This document shows, piece by piece, positions 9,249-19,837 of a stretch of DNA of 64,000 nt. The position numbers and the translations under genes were made by a program. This DNA comes from Planctomycetota bacterium (GTDB taxonomy: Bacteria > Planctomycetota > B15-G4), in assembly GCA_965248575.1 (NCBI GenBank), contig CBDFJQ010000002.1, forward strand, positions 2,272,001-2,336,000, read 5' to 3'. The notes under the pieces are model-generated. The model worked only from the letters and a program-made list of their open reading frames with translations. It searched no databases and was not told the DNA's origin. Within the stretch, counting starts at the first letter, position 1. Each line of letters starts with the position of its first letter.

Positions 9249-9779
9249 TCAGCGCTGATATGTCACCGAAAGCGGGTACTCACCGTTGGCCCAAAACGGC
9301 CCGTCACGGGTTTGCAGCTTCACGGTCAAGACCTTGTTGCCCGCATCGATATGGACGTGTCCGCTCACGATCTCGATCGATGGGCTCTGCGCACCTGGGT
9401 GGGTGTCCACCAGGACGAGATCAGCGGCCTGGATCACGACCCGGGATCCCGACATCTCCGCGAGGTCAAAGGAGTAGGCCCGGTGCGTCTCGTAGGAGCC
9501 GAGGGAGTGCACACCCCATTGGTAGTTGCCCGTGGGCGCCGTGAAATAGACGTAGGGTCTGGCGACTTCGCCTGCAGGTGTCCGCAAGCCCAGATGAGCC
9601 CTGGGCGCATGACTCCGCGCCGCGCAGGACACGAGCATCTGGGAAAGCAGCAAGGCGCCGACGCACATCGCCCATGCCAGCCTGCTTGCGCTTCGTGTGT
9701 TGGGCCGAGCCCCCGGCTGGGTTTGCGGGCCCTGACCCGCAGGCGCTTGCTCAAACAATCTGTCGTGCTCGTTCGCCAT
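9249..9779 (-). CDS. Hypothetical putative lipoprotein
   Basis: Hydrophobic stretch ending LVSC, then a beta-rich mature region; same strand as and upstream of the deaminase. Confidence 0.5.
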   Translation of the reverse strand: MANEHDRLFEQAPAGQGPQTQPGARPNTRSASRLAWAMCVGALLLSQMLVSCAARSHAPRAHLGLRTPAGEVARPYVYFTAPTGNYQWGVHSLGSYETHRAYSFDLAEMSGSRVVIQAADLVLVDTHPGAQSPSIEIVSGHVHIDAGNKVLTVKLQTRDGPFWANGEYPLSVTYQR

Positions 9780-9963
9780 GCCTGCTCTTCTGCCTCCCGT
9801 GCCTTCCGAAATCCGCTCCGAGCCACGATCCTACGATGTCGCTTCCGATCCGCGTCGAAGCGATCCCGACGGCTGAATCTCGACCGACTCGAGAGGAGCC
9901 GCCCCAAAAACTTCATACCATCCAGTCAGCGCCGACCACGCCACCCCCAGGAACACACCCGCC

Positions 9964-11187
9964 ATGCCGAGCCTGATGGAACGCCTGCACGATCTCTGGC
10001 AAGACGGCCGAGGACTCAAGTGGCTTCTGTTGCTAACGGCCCTGGTCCTGCAGGCCCCCACCGAAACGGTGTCGCAGGGCTTCGTCCCCAATGCCTTGAT
10101 CCTGACCGACCTCAACCCCAAGACCCTTCCCATCGTCCTGGCAGCGGACGCCGACAACAAGGACGTCAAGTACAAGTCCAAGTCGACCTACAAGCCGAAG
10201 ACCGTGATCACGGGCGGTGCCAAGAAGGACGTGCGTCTGATGCTGCGCGCCAAGCGAGATAACGCTGGCCTGCGGGCGGTGCTCGATCACGAGATCGCTA
10301 CGAACGACATGGACTACCGCATCCGCCTGGCCTTCGACCCCGGCAAACGGGACGGGCTCGTGGATGGCGCTTCGTTAGGGTTCTTCGAGATCATCGTGCT
10401 CGGCGCTGCACCCGCAGAAGGCACCCAGACCGTGCGCCGTCTCGAGGCAGTCTACAACGAGGCGATGGACGGCTATACGGTGCGCGCGACGGACGGCACG
10501 GACCCACTGGGCATGACGCTGGATGTCGCGGACGAAGAGGTCGTGCTTCGATTGCGCTTGGCCGGCGGCCTGTTGTTCATGGAGGCGGGCGCACCCACTG
10601 GCCCGTTCATCACCAACATCAACACCACGGAGCTTTACAGCGAAGACCTCAGCGTGGAGAGCGGCCTCTGGTCGTCGGGCAACGGCATCCCCCACAACAT
10701 TGCCTGGGGCGTGGCCGGCCTCGGCAAGAAGGCCACCCTGTACTTCAACCTGATGACACTTTGGGGCGCGCTGCCTCATATCGGAGATGCGGAAACCCCC
10801 ATCGCCCAACAGCTCATCACAACGGTCATCACCGTGACCAACTCACTGTTCCCGTCCGACGTGGCCACCGCCACCCAGGTCATGGACGACACGGCGGCCG
10901 TGCTGCTCGATGTCGTGATGGACCTGGAGACCGCCGTGAATGTCGAGAGTTTCCGGGACCCGAGCCAGGCCAGCCGCGCGCTCAAGACCGCAAAGAAGGC
11001 CCTGAAGATGGCCCAGAAGGCCAAGGCTAGCGGAGACAAACTCCTGGCAGCGGGCAAGACGAACCCTGCCCCCCTCGGCAAGAAGGCCATGGCCATCACC
11101 ATCCGCTCCATCTTGGCACTGGTGCAGGTGGGCGGCTTCCGGAGCAACAGTGCTTCGAAAGCGGTGAAGACCGCCTCGTCCTTCTGA
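9964..11187 (+). CDS. Hypothetical secreted protein
   Basis: 407-aa ORF with strong GC3 bias, signal-like N-terminus, beta-rich middle and Lys/Ala-rich helical C-terminus. Confidence 0.75.
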   Translation: MPSLMERLHDLWQDGRGLKWLLLLTALVLQAPTETVSQGFVPNALILTDLNPKTLPIVLAADADNKDVKYKSKSTYKPKTVITGGAKKDVRLMLRAKRDNAGLRAVLDHEIATNDMDYRIRLAFDPGKRDGLVDGASLGFFEIIVLGAAPAEGTQTVRRLEAVYNEAMDGYTVRATDGTDPLGMTLDVADEEVVLRLRLAGGLLFMEAGAPTGPFITNINTTELYSEDLSVESGLWSSGNGIPHNIAWGVAGLGKKATLYFNLMTLWGALPHIGDAETPIAQQLITTVITVTNSLFPSDVATATQVMDDTAAVLLDVVMDLETAVNVESFRDPSQASRALKTAKKALKMAQKAKASGDKLLAAGKTNPAPLGKKAMAITIRSILALVQVGGFRSNSASKAVKTASSF

Positions 11188-11380
11188 CGCATCGCCAACG
11201 GCGCTAGGCCTTGAACTTGTCGTGGCCCTGCCTGTCCCCGCCCGGCCCTTGCCGAGCCCAGCACCGGCCGGGGCTCGGTCGTGCCCTGCCACATATCGGC
11301 CATCTCAAGCGCAAATCTCGGAGGCTCTCTTCGGATAGGATGCGCGGTAATCGTGTTCCTCCTTAGTGTTGGGTCCTGAC

Positions 11381-12391
11381 ATGGCGCCATCGATGGTCTT
11401 GAAAACTTTCCGGGTCCTGCTGAGCGTCGCCGTACTGGCGAGCTGCCTGGCGACGCCAACTGCCCTCGCGCTCGTGCCTACCAGCGCGTCGCACCCCAAG
11501 CTGACGGCTCCGCCGCCGTCGGGGAGGGTCACCCTGACCAACGGCACCACCATCGAGGCCCAGAGCATCACGGTGGGCGATGAGCGGGTGGAGATCGACC
11601 TCGGTTTCCAGGTGCTCAGCGTCCCGCTCTCGGAAGTGGCTGAGATCGAAACGGATCTCGAAGGCAGCGAGTTAGATGAAGACCGGCTGTACAGCGAATC
11701 CAGCGAGGGCGAGCAGCGGAGCCTCGACCACAACATGGGAGTCGTCGCCGAAGCCGTGGTCCTGGTGCGCACTCCGGTGGGCCTCGGCTCCGGCTTCATG
11801 ATCCACCCTGAGGGCTACCTGATCACCAACGACCATGTCGTGGAAGGCTCCACCGAGCTGACCGTCGTGGTCTATCGCCAAGCCACCGATGGCCTGCGCA
11901 AGGACGAGTACAAGCACATCCGCATCGTGGCCACCAGCGAGCTCCTGGATCTCGCCCTGCTCAAGATCGAGCCCGATGAGCCTGAGGAGTTCCTCACCGT
12001 TCCGCTCAGCAACTCGAACGAGCTGACACAAGGCGAAGGGGTGTTCGCAGTGGGCAACCCCATGGGCCTTGAGCGCAGCTTGAGCGAGGGCATCGTCGCC
12101 CTGCGTTCGCGCCTGCTCGGCGGACAGACCTTCGTGCAGACCACGGCGGCCTTGAGCCCCGGGAACAGCGGTGGCCCCCTGTTCAACATGGCGGGCGAGG
12201 TCATCGGTGTGAACTCACTGAAGATCGTGGCCCAGGCAGCGGAGGGCCTGTCCTTCAGCATCCCCATCAATCAAGTGAAGGCCTTCATCGACAGCCAGGA
12301 GGCCTACGCCTTCGACTCGCTCAACGCCAACAGTGGTCACCGCTACTACGCTCCGCCGCAGCAGGGTGACAAAGAGGAGACGACCCCATGA
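11381..12391 (+). CDS. Secreted trypsin-like (S1C/HtrA-type, PDZ-less) serine protease
   Basis: Catalytic triad motifs TNDHVV, DLALLKI, PGNSGGPL; signal peptide; small N-terminal beta domain; no PDZ. Confidence 0.9.
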   Translation: MAPSMVLKTFRVLLSVAVLASCLATPTALALVPTSASHPKLTAPPPSGRVTLTNGTTIEAQSITVGDERVEIDLGFQVLSVPLSEVAEIETDLEGSELDEDRLYSESSEGEQRSLDHNMGVVAEAVVLVRTPVGLGSGFMIHPEGYLITNDHVVEGSTELTVVVYRQATDGLRKDEYKHIRIVATSELLDLALLKIEPDEPEEFLTVPLSNSNELTQGEGVFAVGNPMGLERSLSEGIVALRSRLLGGQTFVQTTAALSPGNSGGPLFNMAGEVIGVNSLKIVAQAAEGLSFSIPINQVKAFIDSQEAYAFDSLNANSGHRYYAPPQQGDKEETTP

Positions 12392-14271
12392 TCATCACCC
12401 CAAGCCGAGAGGCACAAGGCTCGCGCCGGTTGCTGGCAACCCTTGGCGTGACCCTGGCCGCTTGCGCCTGCTTGGCGTCACCCGTCAGCGCGCAGATCCC
12501 ACGCGGCGACCTGGCTCAGATTGTTCCCGCTGGAACCGTGGTGTTCGCACAGGTTTCCGCGCTCGACAAGCTGGCCTTGCTCGACCCCGACGGCGCCATG
12601 ATGACCTTGGCGAAGCACGAAGCCGTCGCCGCCGCCTTCGAGGGAATCACCGACTTCTTCGGCGACTTCGAGGACGAAGAGACACTGCTGGCCCTCGACC
12701 TGGAAGCCGACGAACTGGCCCGCCTCTTCACCGGACGCATCATGTTTGCCATGCCGGAGCTTGTGCTCGAGGAGTCGGACGTCGAGGTGGGCGCCAGCAC
12801 ACAGGTATCCCTCACGCTGAGACCCGGCCGCGGCGTGCTGGTCATGGCCGACTTCAGCGGCACGGAGGAACGCCTCGAAGAGCTGCTGGAGAACGTGGCC
12901 AAGCTGCGCGAAGAGGATGAGGAGATCCACGACGCTGCCATCCTCGCCGAGGACATCGACGGCGCGCGCCTCTACAACCTCGTCGAGGTCGACCTGGAGC
13001 AGGATGTCGACGACTCCACATGGCTGGCCCTGGTGGACGAAGTGCTGCTGCTCTCGAACAACGAGGACACGCTGATGGACTTCGTGGATCTCGCCGACCA
13101 AGGCGCCCCCGAAGGCGACAGCCTGGTGGATGACCCGCGCTACCAGGACACGCTGGATCGCGTCGGCGAGCACGACGTGCTGATCTACATCAACAGCGGC
13201 GAGATGCTGCCGTTGGTGAACGAGCTGCTCGAGGACCAGCTCAACAAACAGGGTATGTCGGTCGCCATGTTCCTGCGCCCGGAAGATCTCATTGCGGCGT
13301 TGCGGCTCGATGCCCTCGAGAGTTTCTTCGCTGGCCTGCGGGTGGACGACGACGAGGCCGAGCTGGTCTTCGGCATGACCCACGCCGACACCGAGTACGG
13401 CCTGCACACCCTCATGACCTATGGCGGCAGCGGCGTGGAGATCCCGGATTACTTCAGCTCCGACTTCCACTCGGCGTCCATCTCGAACTTCGACGTGGCT
13501 GGCGCCTACGAGATGTTCGACAAGATGCTGCTCAAGGCGTCGCCCACGGGGCACGGCATGCTGCGCGGTCAGATCGAGCAGTTCGAGACCGAGAGCTTCC
13601 CCATCCGCGAGGCACTGCTCACCAACCTCGACAGCCTCATGGTGGAGATGCTCGGCTTCCCGGAGGCCACGGTCGTCGGCCCGGAGGAGCACCCCACCCA
13701 GGCCTACGTGATCAAGGTCAAGGACCCCCAGTCCCTCGAAGAGGCGCTGTCGGCCTTGGTGGATGACGAGAACGAGGAGGAGGCGAGCGAGTTCATGAAC
13801 GTCTCCATCCGCACTCTGCCGCTGCCCGCGATGCTCGCTCCGGGGACGGAGTCTCCCGAGTTGGCCTTCGCGGTCGTGGACAACAACCTCGTGGTCTCGC
13901 TGGGTGACCGCAAGATGGTCGAGAACGTGATCGCGCACATCAAGAACCCCGGCGACTCCCTGCTGGACGACGTAGACCTCATGGATGCCTTCGACGATCT
14001 GCCGTCGGATGACATCGTGGCCATGGGCTTCGTGAGCGTTGCCGAGACGCTACAAAACATCATTCGCGGAGGCGGCGACGCGCTCGAGTCCCAGTTCGCC
14101 TTCGTGGACGAAGAGCAGGATCTCGAGTCCTTGCTCGAAGCCCAGGAGGCTCTGGACAACCTGCCCGACGTCTCGGACATCCACTATTACGTGGTCTCCA
14201 AGACCTACAAGAGCGGCGATGCCTTCGTCTCGCACATGCTCTTGCGCCCTGACTTGGACCCGCAACCGTGA
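12388..14271 (+). CDS. Highly acidic secreted hypothetical protein (DUF3352-like architecture)
   Basis: Signal peptide, LAQIVPAGTVVFAQV start, recurring AFAVVDNNLVVS-type strands; 4-nt overlaps with both neighbours. Confidence 0.75.
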   Translation: MIITPSREAQGSRRLLATLGVTLAACACLASPVSAQIPRGDLAQIVPAGTVVFAQVSALDKLALLDPDGAMMTLAKHEAVAAAFEGITDFFGDFEDEETLLALDLEADELARLFTGRIMFAMPELVLEESDVEVGASTQVSLTLRPGRGVLVMADFSGTEERLEELLENVAKLREEDEEIHDAAILAEDIDGARLYNLVEVDLEQDVDDSTWLALVDEVLLLSNNEDTLMDFVDLADQGAPEGDSLVDDPRYQDTLDRVGEHDVLIYINSGEMLPLVNELLEDQLNKQGMSVAMFLRPEDLIAALRLDALESFFAGLRVDDDEAELVFGMTHADTEYGLHTLMTYGGSGVEIPDYFSSDFHSASISNFDVAGAYEMFDKMLLKASPTGHGMLRGQIEQFETESFPIREALLTNLDSLMVEMLGFPEATVVGPEEHPTQAYVIKVKDPQSLEEALSALVDDENEEEASEFMNVSIRTLPLPAMLAPGTESPELAFAVVDNNLVVSLGDRKMVENVIAHIKNPGDSLLDDVDLMDAFDDLPSDDIVAMGFVSVAETLQNIIRGGGDALESQFAFVDEEQDLESLLEAQEALDNLPDVSDIHYYVVSKTYKSGDAFVSHMLLRPDLDPQP

Positions 14272-16670
14272 TCCGCTTGCCCGAGATCGCTTCGACCCCG
14301 TCCCATTCGATCCCGTCCTGTCCAACCCTGATGAGCTCTGCCGTGCTGCGTTTCTCCGTGCGCCTCTCCCCGGTTCTCTCCCTGGTTCTCGCGTTGGCCC
14401 CCTGGGCACAGGTGTCGGCCTCCGATGCTCCGTTCCAGCTCACCGGTCCGCTGGTGTCCCTCGCCGACTGGAACACCCGCGGGCTGTGCTCGGGTGACCT
14501 CGATGGCGACGGACGCCTGGACCTGGCCATGGTCAACAACGACCGGGCCCGCATTGACTTGCTGTACCAGCGCACACCCGACGAGTTGCGCGCCGTGGCC
14601 AAGACGCGCCTCGACAGCCCGCGCTGGGAACCCATCATCGAGGACGCGCCCTTCCTCAAGGAGACGGTGACCACAGGTGACTTCATGTACGACCTGGCCA
14701 TCGTGGATGTGGATGGCGACGGCCGGAACGATCTTGTCTACACCGGAAAGCGTGACCGCATTGCGGTCAAGCTGCAGACGGGCGACGGGGTGTTCGACGA
14801 GATGTGGGCCTACGATCGCGACACCCCCAACGCCAACGTCGGGTCGCTGGCCGTGTCCGACGTGGATGGAAACGGTCGGGACGACCTGATCGCCATGACC
14901 ACCACGGCCTTCCTGGTCTTCCACCTCGACGGCGAGGCCGATGTGCTGCCCCGCCCCGACAAGTACCGGGTCAGCGAAGAGAACCCCCAGCACCTGGCAG
15001 CCCGCGACCTCAACGGCGACGGGCGACTGGACCTGGCCTACATCGCCGCGAGCAGCGAGCGCGCGTTGCGCGTGCGCTACCAGGACGCGGTCGGCAACTT
15101 CGGGCCCGAGTTGGGCATCCCCGTGCCCGTGGGTGCGTCCTCTTGGGACGTCCTGAGCTGTGACGGTGCGGTGGACCAGCTGGTGACCATCAAGCCCACC
15201 CGCTCGGAGCTGCAGTTCACGCCGCTGACGGGAGAGCCGGGCGCCAGTGCTCGACGCCAATCGCTGGCCATCCGGAACTACCCGGTGCCCAAGTCCGGCG
15301 TCGACCCATCGCTCTACGCCGTGGGCGACTTCGATGGCGACACGCGCATGGATGTTGCGGTGGCCGACACCAACGGTGCCGCCGTGCATCTGTACGTCCA
15401 GGACGACAGCGGAGAGTTCAGCCGCCCCGTCGAATTCCCGTCGCTGCAGAACATGTCCTCGCTCTCGGTGCTTCAGCGTGGCAGCCAGCCCGACGGCTTG
15501 CTGGTCTGCAGCGAGAAGGAAGGCATGGTGGGCATCTCCATCATGGTGGACGGGCGACTGGGGTTCCCGGTCAACATCGCCGTTCCCGGCGAACCGCTGG
15601 TCGCGGCGGCGGCCGATCTGGACGGCGATGGAAACTCCGAAGTGATCGTCGCGACGAAGGATGGCCGACGCTTCAACCTTGAAGTGATGCGCAAGAACGG
15701 CGACGGCTGGGAAGGCGGCGAGCCGGTCAAGCTGGGTGCCATCAAGCGCAGCCCTTCCGATCTGATCGCCAAGGACCTGAACGACGATGGCTTCGTGGAC
15801 CTGGCCATGTTCATTCCCCGGGAAGCCTCTAGGCTGTTCATCCAACAGGGCGACGGTGAGTTCCAGGAGATCGCCGAGGAAGATTCCGTGCGCACCAGCC
15901 AGTTCGAAGGCGTCTTGCCACGCAACTTCGGGACCGGCGACTTCACCGGAGACGGCAAGACCGAGATCCTCGTGGCGGGCAAGGGCTTCGTGCGCGCCTA
16001 CCGGCTCAAGGCCGACGGCTCACTGGAGATCGTGGACCAGGCCAATGCGCGCAGCAGTCTCGACGAGCTGAGCGGCCCCCTGCTCTACGACCTGGACGGC
16101 GATGGCAGCCGTGAGTTGCTCAGTTTCTTCGAGGAGGAGGGGCGGCTTCAGGTGCTGGAGCGCGACGCCTCCGGCCTCTACACCTACCGCGACTCCCTCG
16201 ACCTCGCCTCCCTGGGCCTGACGCAGGTCCTGGCCCGGGACATGGGCGGCGCCGCGGGCAACCGGTTGATGTTCTTTGGCAAGGACCGCTTCTGGTCCAT
16301 CCCTCCGGTGCGCTTGGGTGGCGATGGCGCCGGACCGTCGAGCTACCGCACGCACCTGGATGACGTGTCCTACTCGCTCTTCGGCCTCGCTGACCTCAAC
16401 GGCGACGGCCAGCAGGACGTGATCGGCATCGATTCGGGCGAGCACGTGCTGGAAGTCCTCAGCGGCGGCTGCGACCAAGCGTGGAAGAGCGAGTTGTTCT
16501 TCACCATCTTCGAGAAGAACCGCTTCAATCGCAGCAGCAGGGGGGCGGCATCGCAACCCCGCGAGCTGCTGGTGGGCGACTTCAACAACGACAGCCGGGA
16601 CGACTTCGTGCTGCTCATCCATGACCGGGTGCTGCTGTATCCCCAGGCAGCAGCGGAGGGCTCGCACTGA
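14268..16670 (+). CDS. FG-GAP/VCBS repeat (Ca-binding beta-propeller) secreted protein
   Basis: About a dozen DxDGDG-type motifs (GDLDGDGRLD, DVDGDGRND, DLNGDGRLD, GDFDGDTRMD, GDFNNDSRDD); signal peptide. Confidence 0.9.
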   Translation: MIRLPEIASTPSHSIPSCPTLMSSAVLRFSVRLSPVLSLVLALAPWAQVSASDAPFQLTGPLVSLADWNTRGLCSGDLDGDGRLDLAMVNNDRARIDLLYQRTPDELRAVAKTRLDSPRWEPIIEDAPFLKETVTTGDFMYDLAIVDVDGDGRNDLVYTGKRDRIAVKLQTGDGVFDEMWAYDRDTPNANVGSLAVSDVDGNGRDDLIAMTTTAFLVFHLDGEADVLPRPDKYRVSEENPQHLAARDLNGDGRLDLAYIAASSERALRVRYQDAVGNFGPELGIPVPVGASSWDVLSCDGAVDQLVTIKPTRSELQFTPLTGEPGASARRQSLAIRNYPVPKSGVDPSLYAVGDFDGDTRMDVAVADTNGAAVHLYVQDDSGEFSRPVEFPSLQNMSSLSVLQRGSQPDGLLVCSEKEGMVGISIMVDGRLGFPVNIAVPGEPLVAAAADLDGDGNSEVIVATKDGRRFNLEVMRKNGDGWEGGEPVKLGAIKRSPSDLIAKDLNDDGFVDLAMFIPREASRLFIQQGDGEFQEIAEEDSVRTSQFEGVLPRNFGTGDFTGDGKTEILVAGKGFVRAYRLKADGSLEIVDQANARSSLDELSGPLLYDLDGDGSRELLSFFEEEGRLQVLERDASGLYTYRDSLDLASLGLTQVLARDMGGAAGNRLMFFGKDRFWSIPPVRLGGDGAGPSSYRTHLDDVSYSLFGLADLNGDGQQDVIGIDSGEHVLEVLSGGCDQAWKSELFFTIFEKNRFNRSSRGAASQPRELLVGDFNNDSRDDFVLLIHDRVLLYPQAAAEGSH

Positions 16671-16723
16671 TCGCTGCGCCCGACGGTTCTGCAGACAAGA
16701 GCGCCTCGAAGAGCGGGCCGGCC

Positions 16724-19700
16724 GTGGCAAATCGCAGCGCCCTCTTCATCGCCGTTCTGGCCCTGGGCCTCGCCGGCTGGCACGCCCTCGGGCTCCTGGA
16801 CCGCCGGCTCGAACCCCTGGTCCCGTCGGCCTACGGCATCGTCGAAATGCGCCTGCCCGGCGTCTCCGCGGCCGAGTTGGAGCGCGTTCTCACAGTGCCG
16901 CTGGAGCGCGAGCTTCTGCGCCTGCCCATAGTCTTGGACAGTTGGACCGAGACCCGGGATGGGCTGGTGCTCATCCATCTGGAGTGCGAGGCCGACGCCG
17001 TCGAGTCGGGCGTGGCATGGGCAAGCATCGAAGAACGCTTGCACCGACAGGCAGATGTCTGGAGCGACGACTTCATCGGTCTCACGGGCCCTGTCTTGCA
17101 TCGACCCTCAGAGCAGTGGGCCGAGGCCCTGGTCACCGTGGCTCACGAAAAGGGCGAAGAAGGTGACGGGGTCCCGCTGGCCTCGGCGCGCCGCCTCGCT
17201 GCGCACCTGACGTCCCTGCCCGGCGTGGGACACGTGGAGTTGTTCGGTCGCCCTCAAGACCAGATCGTGCTCACGTACGACGACTCCGACCTTGTCAGCG
17301 CTGGCCTGACGCCCATGGAGTTCCGGGAGTACCTCCGCGCTCAGCACGTGCTCGCCCCCGGCGCCTATCTCACCAGCGGCGGCCTCATCCAGCCGCTGGA
17401 AACGGTGTCTCGCATCCGTGACTTCGAGGAGCTGCAGCAGCTCCCCGTGCGCGACCCCGCAGACGGCGACCCCGTTTCCCTCAGCCGCCTGCTGGACGTG
17501 AAGCGCGAGCCGCTGCGGCCCACCGTCGACCGCCTTCGTGCAGATGGTCAACTGGCCATGGCGCTCGCGGTCCATCGCGCCCCGGACGCCGATCTGGCCA
17601 GCTTCTCGCGCAGCGTGCGAGCGGCCATCGAGGTGCACGAGTCTGCCGAGCCCGTGTGGTGCGAGGCCGTCGTCTTCCAGCCCGACGTGGTGCACGAGGA
17701 GTTCGATCGTTTCGGCTTCAATCTGCTGCAGGGCTTTGTCGTCATCCTGACCCTGCTGGTGTTGAGCCTCGGACTGCGCGTGGGTCTGTCCGTTGCCGTC
17801 GTGTTGCCGTTCGTCGTGCTCACCAGCTTCGTGGTGATGCACGCGGCAGGCTTGAGCCTCGATGTCGTGTCGCTCTCCAGCTTCATCCTCGTGCTGGGAT
17901 TGCTCGTCGACAACCACATCGTGATGGCGGAGCGCATTCGGAGACTCTCCGAGCAAGGTGTGTCGCGCGTCGACGCCATGGCCCGAGCAGGGCGCGAACT
18001 CATCGCGCCCCTGTCTGCCGCCGCCATCACCACCGCCTTGGGCTTCCTGCCCGTCGTGCTGACTGACGACCCCATCGGCCACTACGTCAGTGCGCTCTTC
18101 TGGGTGGTGCTCATCACCCTCACGATCTCATTGCTGTTCTGCTTCTTCGTCACGCCCAAACTGCAACCTGCGGCAAGCGCCTCTGCCCAACAGCCGACGC
18201 AACCGGAGTGGGTCTGGGAGCGGCGCTACAAGGCCGTGCTCAAGCTGGCTTTCGCGAGACCATTGCCTGTTCTCCTGCTCGTGCTCGCCGTCTGCGCCTC
18301 GGGTTGGATGTTGCTCTCCTCGCGGGAACAGATCTTCTTCCCCGTCACGGCTCGTCCGCTGTGGCTGCTGGAGATCGAAGGTGCCCAGGGGGTCGAGGTC
18401 GAAGGCACGGAGCAGATCACCCACGACCTCGAGTTGCTGCTTGCCGAGGAGCGCGGCTTGAGCGACAGCGCCCTACGGCACGGTGTGAGCTTCGTGGGCC
18501 GCTCGGCCCCCCCGCTGCAGGCCAGCATTCCCTACCTGGAGTACGCGCCCCACTACGCGCAAGTGCTGCTCCAACTCGACCCAGATCGGGATGCCGCCGG
18601 CTTCGAGCAACGCCTTCGGACCTGGATGGCCTCCCACGAAGACACGGCCCGCCTACGCTTGCGGCCTGTGGAGCTGGGCATGCCCATCACGTGGCCAGTC
18701 CAGATCGAGGTGCGCGGCCCCCTGGAAGGGCTGCACGAATTGGCGGGCGAGGTGGCAGGACGGCTTCGCGCCGCAGGCTGCATCAATGTGTCTTCGGATT
18801 GGGCCGAGCCCGCTCTCAAGCTGGCGGTGGAACCCGACCGCGTGGCCCTGGCCGATCGTGACCTGACCGTGGGCGACGTCAGCTTGGGCATGCACAGCGT
18901 GGTGCACGGGTTGCCGTTGTTCGACCTGCTCGAGGATGGGGAGCGCACGCCTGTCATGTTGCGGGCACAGGTTCGTCGCAAGCGCGAGCGCGAAGCTCTT
19001 GCCGACGCGTACATCTACCCTCGCAAGGGCGACCCGTCCCTGCTGTATGAGGTCGCAGAGGTCAGGGAGATCCATGACTACCCCGTGCGGGCTCGCCGCG
19101 CCGGCTATCCCGCAGTCACTCTTCGTGGCGAGACCGCCGACCCTGGCCAGGCATTGGCGATCGAGAAGGCACTGGTCGCTGGGCTTGGCGACCTGCGCGA
19201 CGAGCACCGGGCCTGGTCGTTCACGCCACAGGGCGTGTCGGCCTCATCCAGCCGTGCCAATCGCGCCATGCTCGACGAGGTTCCGTGGGCGTTGCTGGCC
19301 ATTCTGTTGTGCCTGCTGGCTCAATCGCGTTCGCTGATCGAAACCGGTTTGGTTCTGCTGACGGTGCCCTTGTCCTTGGCAGGCGTCGCGTTCGGCCTGA
19401 CCGCTCTGGGCGAACCCTTCAGCTTCATGACCCTCGTGGGGATGACGGCGCTGGCAGGCATCGTCGTGAACAACGCCATCGTGCTGCTGTCGAGCATCCG
19501 CAGGCGCGCCGAGGAGGCCGGTCATTGGTCGCAAGACATCGTGATTGAGAGCGCGGCCCACCGCCTGCGCCCCATCTTGCTCACGACCTTTTGCGCCTTG
19601 GCGAGCATGGCCGTCTTGCAACTCTCGGGGGGCGCCATGTGGCGCCCCCTGGCTACGGCTGTCATCAGCGGCTTGGCTGTTTCCACCTCGCTGGTGCTGT

Positions 19701-19762
19701 TCGTACTCCCCGTGCTGTATGGGGTGGCCATGGGTTGGGCGCGAGGCTGGCAGAAGAGCTGA
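16724..19762 (+). CDS. AcrB/AcrD/AcrF-family RND transporter permease
   Basis: 1012 aa with two large periplasmic loops; PGVSAAELERVLTVPLE, GLLVDNHIVMAERI, GIVVNNAIVL, HRLRPILLTT, MWRPLATAVISGL. Confidence 0.9.
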   Translation: MANRSALFIAVLALGLAGWHALGLLDRRLEPLVPSAYGIVEMRLPGVSAAELERVLTVPLERELLRLPIVLDSWTETRDGLVLIHLECEADAVESGVAWASIEERLHRQADVWSDDFIGLTGPVLHRPSEQWAEALVTVAHEKGEEGDGVPLASARRLAAHLTSLPGVGHVELFGRPQDQIVLTYDDSDLVSAGLTPMEFREYLRAQHVLAPGAYLTSGGLIQPLETVSRIRDFEELQQLPVRDPADGDPVSLSRLLDVKREPLRPTVDRLRADGQLAMALAVHRAPDADLASFSRSVRAAIEVHESAEPVWCEAVVFQPDVVHEEFDRFGFNLLQGFVVILTLLVLSLGLRVGLSVAVVLPFVVLTSFVVMHAAGLSLDVVSLSSFILVLGLLVDNHIVMAERIRRLSEQGVSRVDAMARAGRELIAPLSAAAITTALGFLPVVLTDDPIGHYVSALFWVVLITLTISLLFCFFVTPKLQPAASASAQQPTQPEWVWERRYKAVLKLAFARPLPVLLLVLAVCASGWMLLSSREQIFFPVTARPLWLLEIEGAQGVEVEGTEQITHDLELLLAEERGLSDSALRHGVSFVGRSAPPLQASIPYLEYAPHYAQVLLQLDPDRDAAGFEQRLRTWMASHEDTARLRLRPVELGMPITWPVQIEVRGPLEGLHELAGEVAGRLRAAGCINVSSDWAEPALKLAVEPDRVALADRDLTVGDVSLGMHSVVHGLPLFDLLEDGERTPVMLRAQVRRKREREALADAYIYPRKGDPSLLYEVAEVREIHDYPVRARRAGYPAVTLRGETADPGQALAIEKALVAGLGDLRDEHRAWSFTPQGVSASSSRANRAMLDEVPWALLAILLCLLAQSRSLIETGLVLLTVPLSLAGVAFGLTALGEPFSFMTLVGMTALAGIVVNNAIVLLSSIRRRAEEAGHWSQDIVIESAAHRLRPILLTTFCALASMAVLQLSGGAMWRPLATAVISGLAVSTSLVLFVLPVLYGVAMGWARGWQKS

Positions 19763-19837
19763 GGCCCGTAAGGATCGGGCTTTGCGCCACGTGCTGTACC
19801 CTTTGAGGCGACCACTCAATCTGGCCTGGGGGACAGG

